64,000 nucleotides of DNA, from NCBI GenBank assembly GCA_965216565.1, contig OZ244170.1, positions 4,512,001 through 4,576,000 on the forward strand, read 5' to 3'. The stretch is from Bythopirellula sp. (GTDB lineage Bacteria > Planctomycetota > Planctomycetia > Pirellulales > Lacipirellulaceae). The notes under the pieces were generated by a model. It worked only from the letters and a program-made list of their open reading frames with translations, was not told where the DNA came from and ran no database searches. The position numbers and the translations under genes are program-made. Shown here piece after piece: positions 49,814 to 57,830 of this stretch. The first letter of the stretch is position 1. Each line of letters begins with the position of its first letter.

Positions 49814-51007
49814 CTATCGCTGAAAGATCGGCAACAATTGGTTCGGTGCTCCTAACGCCAGCAGAACTAGCGACGTCGTGTAGGCGTTGCCGTATCGGGT
49901 GTCGTAGAAGTGGCTCTCGGGCGACCAACTCCCGTCGGCTTGCTGATTCTCGAGGAGCACGTCGACGACGGGAGGAAAGTACTCCGCCCAGTACCGTCCC
50001 CCCAGTTGGTACATGGCCTGGCTACATTGAAAAACGCTGTAGTGGTAGCGATCATCCACCCAGCCAGCAGTATCGAAGTCTTCGTTGTGGTTGTAAACCT
50101 GGAAATCGTATTTCAAAATCCAGTCGCCCGCTTTTCTAACTTCTGGGTCGTCGTGTTCCCCGGCATGGGCTAAGGCCAAGATTCCGGCCCCTCCCATGCC
50201 CCGACTAAGGCGTTCGTGGCGCGTGGCCATAATCTGGTAGGTGCCATACTCCTTGTGATAGCAGCGTCGTACGTAAGCCACTGCGTCGTCGATCTTCGAT
50301 TGCGGAACATCGAATCCGGCATTCTTGGCGGATCGAAGAGACATGAGAAACCATCCAGTCACTGAGAGGTCGGAGTCGTAGCGTTCCATGCTGTCGCTGG
50401 TGACATTCAAATATCGCCACCCCCCGAGATCTTCTTTGCGCCGCTTTCGAAACTGTTGGATTTCTAGCGTTGTTTCAATCGCTTGAGTAATGACTTTGTC
50501 TAGCTCCTTCGAGTCGATACCACGTCCCGTTGAATAGCACTCGCCGAGAGCAAGCGCAGAGATCGCGTGGTTGTACGAGGCGCTCACTCCAACATCGTGC
50601 TGCACACCTCGGCTCAAATCTGGACGATTGGGGGCCGTGAGCGAGATGAGCCCGTTACGCTTCTGGCAGCTAGAAATGTATCCCACCGCTTTGGAGAGTT
50701 GGTCGCCATAAGGTCCGTCACCCGGCAAATGGCCGTTCGCCATGAAGGCCATCACGCATAGGCTGGTAACCCCTGGTTGTCCCAATGGCGACGTAGGAAA
50801 CGATCCGTCCCGTTGCTGCTGGTTAGCGAGCCATTTGAGTGAACGCTCGACCGCATCGTCCACACGTTGCCACTCGCTATCGCTGAGAACATCTGAACTG
50901 GGCTCAGCCAATTCGGCTCTCTGCGCGGTTGCTAAACTTGTGAACAGCGTGGCCCAAGCGACACAGAGAACTCCGGTGAAGATGGACTTTGCATCAGGTA
51001 AATTCAT
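49814..51007 (-). CDS. Exported prenyltransferase/squalene-oxidase-repeat (alpha/alpha toroid) protein, paralogue 3
   Basis: Signal peptide; WLANQQQRDGSF, YNHAI, GGWRY, DSDLSVTGW, RSAKNAGFDVP, Q.ADGSW and LPIFQR. Confidence 0.9.
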   Translation of the reverse strand: MNLPDAKSIFTGVLCVAWATLFTSLATAQRAELAEPSSDVLSDSEWQRVDDAVERSLKWLANQQQRDGSFPTSPLGQPGVTSLCVMAFMANGHLPGDGPYGDQLSKAVGYISSCQKRNGLISLTAPNRPDLSRGVQHDVGVSASYNHAISALALGECYSTGRGIDSKELDKVITQAIETTLEIQQFRKRRKEDLGGWRYLNVTSDSMERYDSDLSVTGWFLMSLRSAKNAGFDVPQSKIDDAVAYVRRCYHKEYGTYQIMATRHERLSRGMGGAGILALAHAGEHDDPEVRKAGDWILKYDFQVYNHNEDFDTAGWVDDRYHYSVFQCSQAMYQLGGRYWAEYFPPVVDVLLENQQADGSWSPESHFYDTRYGNAYTTSLVLLALGAPNQLLPIFQR

Positions 51008-51016
51008 CGGTTGGAC

Positions 51017-52204
51017 CTATCGTTGAAAAATCGGCAGCAACTGATTGGGAGCCCCCAGCGAGAGCACGACTAGCGAGGTAGTGTACGTGCTGCCAAAGGG
51101 TCGATCGTGCCCATGGCTTTCCGGCGCCCAGCTGCCGTCGCGATGTTGATTGGCAACCAGAGTTCTAGCTACGGAAGGAAAGAATTCTTCCCAATAGTGG
51201 CCGCCGAGCTGATACATGGCTTGGCAACAATGAAAAGCACCATAGTGGTAACGGTCGTCCCGCCAGCCTTGCTGACGGACATTGTAATTCCGAAAGTCGT
51301 ACTTCAAGATCCAGTCGCCGGTTTTCAAGACTTCCGGCGCGTCGTGCCGCCCTGCATGAGCCATTGCCAAGATTCCAGCCCCCGCCATCCCTCGACTTAG
51401 CCGCATGTCGTCGTTGGCCATGAGTTGATAGGTCCCGTAACGGTCTCGGAAACAGTTTTCGACATATTCTACTGCATCATCGATCGACTGTTTCGGTACA
51501 TCGAAGCCAGCATTCTTCGCTGAACGAAGCGACATCAAATACCAACCAGTGACCGAGAGATCCGAATCGAGGCCATCATTGAATCGATTCACGTATCGCC
51601 ACCCGCCTTGGTCTTCTCTGCGAGGTTTTCTCCATTTTTGCATTTCTTGGGTGACTTCCAGAGCTTTGGTAATCACCTTCTCCATACGCTTGACGTCCAA
51701 TCCACGGCCCGTGGTAAAGCCTTCGCTCAGAGCGAGCGACGAGATGGCATGGTTGTAGCTAGACTTCCAGCCTATATCATGAGGCACGTTTCGCTGCAGG
51801 GTCGGGCTGTTCGGCGCTATCAGACAGATGATGCCGTTCCTTTTTTGGCAACTCGCTACATAGTTCAACGCGTTTTCTAGCTGCTTCCCATATTCGCCCT
51901 CTCCCGGAAGATGACCGTGAGCCATAAAGGCCATCGCGCACAGTCCTGTTACGGCAGGCTGACCTTGCGGACTGGTAGGAAACGAACCATCGCGTTGCTG
52001 GTTTGTGGCCAACCAGCGGAGTGCTCGTTCAACGGAACTATCAACGCGGTCCCACTCGTCTGCGGTCAAGATATTCATGCTTGGCGTCTGGAGTTCTGGC
52101 TCAGCTGCGCACGCCACTTGCTGCGGTGTAAGGCAAGCAGCGAACCATACCACCCACGAATAGAAAACGCATTTTGCCAAGCAGTGAGGAATCGAAGGGA
52201 ACAA
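51017..52204 (-). CDS. Exported prenyltransferase/squalene-oxidase-repeat protein, paralogue 2
   Basis: Same motif set as its neighbours, with a hydrophobic N-terminus. The start codon is uncertain. Confidence 0.9.
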   Translation of the reverse strand: MFPSIPHCLAKCVFYSWVVWFAACLTPQQVACAAEPELQTPSMNILTADEWDRVDSSVERALRWLATNQQRDGSFPTSPQGQPAVTGLCAMAFMAHGHLPGEGEYGKQLENALNYVASCQKRNGIICLIAPNSPTLQRNVPHDIGWKSSYNHAISSLALSEGFTTGRGLDVKRMEKVITKALEVTQEMQKWRKPRREDQGGWRYVNRFNDGLDSDLSVTGWYLMSLRSAKNAGFDVPKQSIDDAVEYVENCFRDRYGTYQLMANDDMRLSRGMAGAGILAMAHAGRHDAPEVLKTGDWILKYDFRNYNVRQQGWRDDRYHYGAFHCCQAMYQLGGHYWEEFFPSVARTLVANQHRDGSWAPESHGHDRPFGSTYTTSLVVLSLGAPNQLLPIFQR

Positions 52205-52213
52205 GACAAAATC

Positions 52214-53392
52214 CTAACGCTGAAATACGGGGAGCAATTGGTTGGGGGCACCTAAGGCTAGCACGACTAATGCAGTGGTGTAACAGTTGCCGTACTTAGT
52301 TTCGTTGTCGTTTGTTTCTCTGGGCCAGGAACCATCTCGTTGTTGGTTGCTAATTAGAGTTGCGGCGGTACGTGGAAAGAACTCTTCCCAATGGCGGCCC
52401 CCGAGTTGGTACATCGCTTGGCAGCAATTGAAAACACCGTAATGGTAACGGTCTTTATAGTGGCCGCTCTGAGTGAACTTCTCGATTTGATTGTAACGGT
52501 CGAAGTTGTGCTGCAAAATCCAGTCACCTGCTCTTAAAGCTTCTTCAGAATTGTGATGCCCAGCGTGCGCCAGCGCCAACACTCCTGCCCCAGAAGCACC
52601 GCGACTGCGCCGGTCCTCATTGGAAGCGGTGTAATTGAACGATTGGTATTCGGGCTTGAAGCAACGTCGAATGTATCCCACGGCTTCGTCGATCGGCTCC
52701 TGAGCAACATCGAAACCGGCATTCTTCGCTGATCGCAGAAACATCAAATACCAACCAGTAAGCGACAAATCGGAATCGAACTGACGGTATTTGTGAATAT
52801 ACCTCCAACCACCGCGATCAATATCTCTCCTTTTCGGCCAGTTTTGTATTGTTAGCGATACATCGAGGGCAGTTTCGATGACTTCTTGCAATTCAGCAGC
52901 TCTGCTGGATCCCTGAATGGTATAGACTTCGCTCAGCGACAATGCACCGATGGCATGATTGTACGAAGCTGACACTCCGATATCATGCGGCGAATTCCGT
53001 GTAAGGGTAGCGCCGCCAGGCGCTGCCAAAGCCAGTATCCCACTAGGTTTCTGGCAAGAGAGCACATACTCGACCGCTTTCGATAGCTGTTCGCCATACG
53101 GCCCACTGCCCGGTAGATGACCATGAGCCGCGAACGCCAGTAGCACAAGGCTGGTCACGCCAGGTTGTCCTGTTGCTAAGGTGGGAAACGAGCCGTCGCG
53201 CTGCTGGCGGCTTGCAAGCCACGCTAGGGCCCGATCGACAGTGCTATCCAATCGCTGCCATTCGTCCTCGGAAAGGACGTCCATCCTGGGTTCGGTATCG
53301 CCGAGTGGCGGCAAATCTTGTGCACGCGCAGACTGCCAGACTAATAATACGGCAATCAAGGAGAGTAATAGCTTGAATGTTGTTATGCGCAT
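52214..53392 (-). CDS. Exported prenyltransferase/squalene-oxidase-repeat protein, paralogue 1
   Basis: Clear Sec signal (MRITTFKLLLSLIAVLLVWQSARA-Q) and the same motif set. Confidence 0.9.
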   Translation of the reverse strand: MRITTFKLLLSLIAVLLVWQSARAQDLPPLGDTEPRMDVLSEDEWQRLDSTVDRALAWLASRQQRDGSFPTLATGQPGVTSLVLLAFAAHGHLPGSGPYGEQLSKAVEYVLSCQKPSGILALAAPGGATLTRNSPHDIGVSASYNHAIGALSLSEVYTIQGSSRAAELQEVIETALDVSLTIQNWPKRRDIDRGGWRYIHKYRQFDSDLSLTGWYLMFLRSAKNAGFDVAQEPIDEAVGYIRRCFKPEYQSFNYTASNEDRRSRGASGAGVLALAHAGHHNSEEALRAGDWILQHNFDRYNQIEKFTQSGHYKDRYHYGVFNCCQAMYQLGGRHWEEFFPRTAATLISNQQRDGSWPRETNDNETKYGNCYTTALVVLALGAPNQLLPVFQR

Positions 53393-53457
53393 CTAGCTGG
53401 CAAAGCATGAAAGTTGGTTGTGGTTTGCGAAGCGGCGAAGAGTAGTCACTTGCCGAC

Positions 53458-56400
53458 CTACTCGTCCGCATTCCTGTCTCGGCTAATCTGGCGGAAATAC
53501 TGCTCAATTGCACGGCGATATCGTTCCGGAGGTGCTTTGTCGCGGCCTTGGCGGAGGTCGTCGCCCAGTTGCGAGAGGAGCACATTCCAGTCGGAGTGCT
53601 CGCCCGCCAATTTGAGTTCCGACTCGTCAACCAAATTTTCACCATTAGACTCGTTCAACGCACGAGACATAGCATTTCGGTAAGCTCGATCCAGCTGACG
53701 TCGGCGCAAACGTTGCTGCTGACGCATCTGATTCATCAGCTGATTGCTATATTGTCCTGTGATCACGCCGTTATCGCCGGCAGGTTGCAGAAAGTCGGTA
53801 ACGATTCGTAAATTGGAACTTCGCGGGGGAATGCCCAGTAGATCTTGAATGGGTAATTCCTGTTCAAGCTGCGCCAGCAGCTCGTCCAGTGTCGGATCAT
53901 CGAGCAAGCCGGCAATAGGGTCTTGAACGGGAAGCTTGTCTAGTTCCTCGATGGAACGTTTGATCATTGCATCGTATTTCTCAGAAGCCGCTTCCAAAGC
54001 AGCAAGAGCAGCATCCTGACGCTCGGCAGCGCGTGTCATCTTGTTTCGCCTCAAGGCATAGATGGCAGCCTGCTGGTTGGGGGTGGCATTTTCGTCAAAC
54101 TCAGTAAACATCTCACGCGACGCTGCCGCGACTTGCGGTGGCAACTTCCCGTCGACTCGTTGCATGAGACCCACGAGGGTTTGTTCCACATCAGCCAGCT
54201 TAGCGACCAAGGTTTCGGTGTCGCGTGCCACACGGTATTGAGCCACCTCCGCTGCCCGATGATAGTTCCCTTGCCGTTGCTGACGCAATTGGCGGACCCA
54301 ACCGGAAGACTGTTCGACGAGTTTCCGCGTGTCCACGAGTCGATTGGTGGCAAAGCTGGCCATATCGAGTCGATCACTCCGCAGACCAAGTTGTCGAAGT
54401 TGCACTTCCATTTCACTTAACTGGTCGTAGAGCGTCTCGGCATCCATGTCGAGTTGGTCCAAAATTAGCTCTTTGAGTTCCGCGGCGTCAGCCTCATTGT
54501 CGGGTTCTCCTGCATTGGGGTCTGGTTCAGAATCCTTGGAACTAGGCATCTCCACGGCCACATAGCGATCGGAACTCGCGGTGAGTTCTCCAGCTGTTGT
54601 GGCAATCTTTTCTATGAGGTTCGCCACTTCCTCAATTTCTTGATCTTGCGAGGTGCTTTCCAGGGGACTCCAGGTTTGGAATCGATCAAGCAACTCCGCT
54701 GCAGACAGCGAAACGTCTTGGGCACTTTCAACGTGACGCCCAAGTAGAATGCTACTGAGTTGTTCGCGTTGCCCCTCTTCTACCTTAGACCAGGCACTCA
54801 CTTCACGATTCAGCTCGCGTTGCGCTTCAACCAGGTCGTAAAGATCATTGCGAAGGTTATTCCGGCGAGTCTTCTGAGAATCGAGGTAACGCCGCAGCAG
54901 GCGAGGATCTTCGCGCAGGATACGTGCCAGCTCTCTCCGCATGCGATTGCGCATCTCCATCACTTCCTTCAGGCGGTCCAAATAATCCTGGTCGAGATCA
55001 AACTCGACTGCCTTACGAGAATAGCCGCCGTCTCCCTCACCTTGCGGTTGAAGGAGTCCCATGGATTCCTCAATAAAGATGCGATGCATCTTCTTGATCT
55101 CGGCTACCGACTCAGCCATAGCGTATTCGCGTTGCGCACGTTCGAAGCGTTCCGTTAGCATCGTTAGTAGTTCACGAGCGCGGCGAGTGTGTTGCCAACC
55201 GTTGCGGACTGGTTCAGGCTGGTTGGAATCGGACTGGAGTGCCTTCCAAAAATCACGGCGCGCCGGTTCGACATGAGCACGGCTGATATCCAGTAATTGC
55301 AATCCAATGAACGCATACGGCGTGCCATGAGTTTGGTTTTCCAAGTCTTCAATAGCCTGAATGGCGGTCATCACGCGTTTCTCAGCCTGCGAAACATCGC
55401 GATTATGCTTGGCTCGCCAAGATTCGTCTCCATCGAGTTCATCGAGCACGACGCGAGAGAGTTCCTGAGCCTTTCTCAGGTTCTGGTCCAGTTCGTCCAT
55501 CAGCGGTCCGACAACCAGTTCCAGCTTGCGGCGTTGCTGCCCTTCAAAGCTGCCTGCCCATTGATCAACTTTGATGCGCATCTGCTGACTCGAGGCAGAG
55601 CGTGCCGGGGCGATATCGACCGTGCTCTTGGCAAAATTGTCGGGCGGCGGTTGATCGCCAGAATTCTGTGATGACTGTTGTTCCGATTTTGACTGTGAAT
55701 CTTGCGAACCGGGAGAGTTTGTATTCTGATTACTTGCCGTTTGGTTTGCACGGGGCTGGGCCGAGTTGCTCGGCTCTTGTTCGGACGTGCTGCTGGCCAT
55801 TGTCTCGGGCTTTACTGCGGAGTCAGGTTGCAGCGCCTGAGTCTCAGGACTCGCATTGGCAACGTCCTCCTGTGTTTGCCTATCCTTGGCAACGTCGTTC
55901 GTAGAGTTCTCTTTTAAATCACCTTCCGTGCTAATCCGTTGTTCGCCACTGCGCGCCGTCCGGGCAACTTCTGAATCAGATTTCTCAGACGACTCTTCAG
56001 GCTTGTTCGTGCCGGAGGAGTCCGTGGAAGCCAGGGATTCATCAATCGCTCCCGATTGTTGAGTTTCGGCTGGGTCGCTTCGCGGTTCTTCTGGAATGCC
56101 TTGTGGCGGATCGGCGCTGGCAATTGCCGACTCATTCCGCGAATCGCTGCTGTCTTGGGTTGTCTGGGAGTTTGCCAAGGTTGACGTATCAGTTCCCTGT
56201 GCGTCTACAGTGCTTGGCTCAGCTTCAGAGTCTGTGTTCGTTCTCGAATCATTTGGCTTGCTTGATGGAGTCAGGTTCGAGGCCACTCGGGTCATTGATT
56301 CATCGCTAGCAACCACTGTAGCGCTGGGGCTTGCTTGCCCACGGTCTTCGCGGACACGGACTACGTAACTGAGTTGCGCTCCGTCGGGTAGTTCGAACTC

Positions 56401-57828
56401 TTGGAGGTCGAGCCTTACGGTTGCCTTGATATTCTTCTCTCCCTGCTGTTCGCCCAGATCTACGGCGATTATCTTCAAGGCTTTGGGCTTCGAGCGACCA
56501 CCTGTGCTTTCATCGAGCACAATGAGTTCCGCTTGGCTGATGCCAACGTCATCTTTGGCAACGAAAGTCACTTCCAGAGCATCGTCGGGACGCACTGCCA
56601 TTTCGTTTTTTGGAGTAAGAACTTTCACGACCGGCGGTCGATCGGGTTGGCACACAACTCGGCACTTCGGCGGCTTGCGGTTCGTCAAGCCGTGTGCTTC
56701 GGTTAGCAAAGGTGAGAATGAAAACGAGGCATTCACTTCTTGGTGCCATCGGTACCAGCCATCTTCATCTAGGCTTAGCTTTATCTTGCCTTCGCTTCCT
56801 AGGAGCAACTGGGCCGTTTTCACCTCGAATTCAGGCTTAATTGCTATCTCTACTGTGCTGCCTTCGAGCACTGTTAAGCGACGAGGCAGGCGCACCAGTT
56901 GCTTGCGATCCTGACGTGTGTACGCCGGTGGCGTGACAGTTAATTGGGTGGCGGCGATCCTAGGACGATCAGCAACAGCAACTTCATACCATGGGGTCTG
57001 TCCGTCACCCGCCCGGAAACGGTACCTTAGCGGCGATTTGACTGTTCGAATGCGGTGCGTAATCCGTGTTTGATCCTCAACTCCGTGAGGGACCAGCGTC
57101 AACTGTTTGGCCTCCCCTTCGGTTGGTTCTAACATGAGCAGGGCACTCTTCACTGCTAGGCCGTCTAGCTGAGCAACTAGATCGAGAGATTCTCCGCGAC
57201 CAATGACAGCACCCTCGGGCTGATGATTGATTTCTGTGGCAGAGATATACGCCTGCGGTGCCCAAAACCGACGCATCAGTACGGTCGTTTGTCTTGGACT
57301 AATTAGCACAGCGATGACCAAAATCGCCGTAACTGCCGAAAGGCAAATGAGCGCGCGAACGATGCCGTCGTATCGCACGACTTGTTCGGAATCGACGCGA
57401 CCACTCCAGCGATTGGCCTCCGATGCTACTTGTCGATACATCGCGGGATGTACGTCGCGAGAGGCAGCGGGAGAAGATGAGACACTAGTGACCGTGGTCC
57501 AGCGCTCTTCTAAATCGGGGAAAGACTGTTCCACAACTTGTGCGGACCGCTGCAACCGACGCGTATATCGCCACCCAACAAGAATCCACGCCACCAATGT
57601 TGCTCCAGCCGCAACGAGAGCCGACATGGTCAGCACACTTCGCCAGCCGGAATCGTACAGCACAGCTAGATAATCGACCAACATGGCTAACCCCATGGCG
57701 GCGAGTAGCACCACCACACTTGCGACAACTGCTGTGATCAATCGAACTTTGAAGGAGCGCTTGCGAACTGACTGCAGTTTTTCGGCAATCGTATTTGGCA
57801 ATGACAGGCGATGGGAAAGTTGAGTCAT
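53458..57828 (-). CDS. DUF4175-like membrane-anchored protein: three N-terminal TM segments, Ig-like region, disordered linker, long coiled coil
   Basis: Three TM segments, VE...P.LEER..T, YRFRAGDG.T.WY, V.PPAYT, D.PP.V, A.DD.GI and the C-terminal PPERYRRAIEQYFR. The start at 57828 directly follows the upstream stop. Confidence 0.75.
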   Translation of the reverse strand: MTQLSHRLSLPNTIAEKLQSVRKRSFKVRLITAVVASVVVLLAAMGLAMLVDYLAVLYDSGWRSVLTMSALVAAGATLVAWILVGWRYTRRLQRSAQVVEQSFPDLEERWTTVTSVSSSPAASRDVHPAMYRQVASEANRWSGRVDSEQVVRYDGIVRALICLSAVTAILVIAVLISPRQTTVLMRRFWAPQAYISATEINHQPEGAVIGRGESLDLVAQLDGLAVKSALLMLEPTEGEAKQLTLVPHGVEDQTRITHRIRTVKSPLRYRFRAGDGQTPWYEVAVADRPRIAATQLTVTPPAYTRQDRKQLVRLPRRLTVLEGSTVEIAIKPEFEVKTAQLLLGSEGKIKLSLDEDGWYRWHQEVNASFSFSPLLTEAHGLTNRKPPKCRVVCQPDRPPVVKVLTPKNEMAVRPDDALEVTFVAKDDVGISQAELIVLDESTGGRSKPKALKIIAVDLGEQQGEKNIKATVRLDLQEFELPDGAQLSYVVRVREDRGQASPSATVVASDESMTRVASNLTPSSKPNDSRTNTDSEAEPSTVDAQGTDTSTLANSQTTQDSSDSRNESAIASADPPQGIPEEPRSDPAETQQSGAIDESLASTDSSGTNKPEESSEKSDSEVARTARSGEQRISTEGDLKENSTNDVAKDRQTQEDVANASPETQALQPDSAVKPETMASSTSEQEPSNSAQPRANQTASNQNTNSPGSQDSQSKSEQQSSQNSGDQPPPDNFAKSTVDIAPARSASSQQMRIKVDQWAGSFEGQQRRKLELVVGPLMDELDQNLRKAQELSRVVLDELDGDESWRAKHNRDVSQAEKRVMTAIQAIEDLENQTHGTPYAFIGLQLLDISRAHVEPARRDFWKALQSDSNQPEPVRNGWQHTRRARELLTMLTERFERAQREYAMAESVAEIKKMHRIFIEESMGLLQPQGEGDGGYSRKAVEFDLDQDYLDRLKEVMEMRNRMRRELARILREDPRLLRRYLDSQKTRRNNLRNDLYDLVEAQRELNREVSAWSKVEEGQREQLSSILLGRHVESAQDVSLSAAELLDRFQTWSPLESTSQDQEIEEVANLIEKIATTAGELTASSDRYVAVEMPSSKDSEPDPNAGEPDNEADAAELKELILDQLDMDAETLYDQLSEMEVQLRQLGLRSDRLDMASFATNRLVDTRKLVEQSSGWVRQLRQQRQGNYHRAAEVAQYRVARDTETLVAKLADVEQTLVGLMQRVDGKLPPQVAAASREMFTEFDENATPNQQAAIYALRRNKMTRAAERQDAALAALEAASEKYDAMIKRSIEELDKLPVQDPIAGLLDDPTLDELLAQLEQELPIQDLLGIPPRSSNLRIVTDFLQPAGDNGVITGQYSNQLMNQMRQQQRLRRRQLDRAYRNAMSRALNESNGENLVDESELKLAGEHSDWNVLLSQLGDDLRQGRDKAPPERYRRAIEQYFRQISRDRNADE

Positions 57829-57830
57829 GG

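Noticed and set aside
49814..53392. Hopanoid/sterol cyclase cluster or alpha-2-macroglobulin thioester proteins
   Set aside because: The proteins are single-domain size, have signal peptides, lack DxDD and CGEQ, and no isoprenoid genes are nearby.
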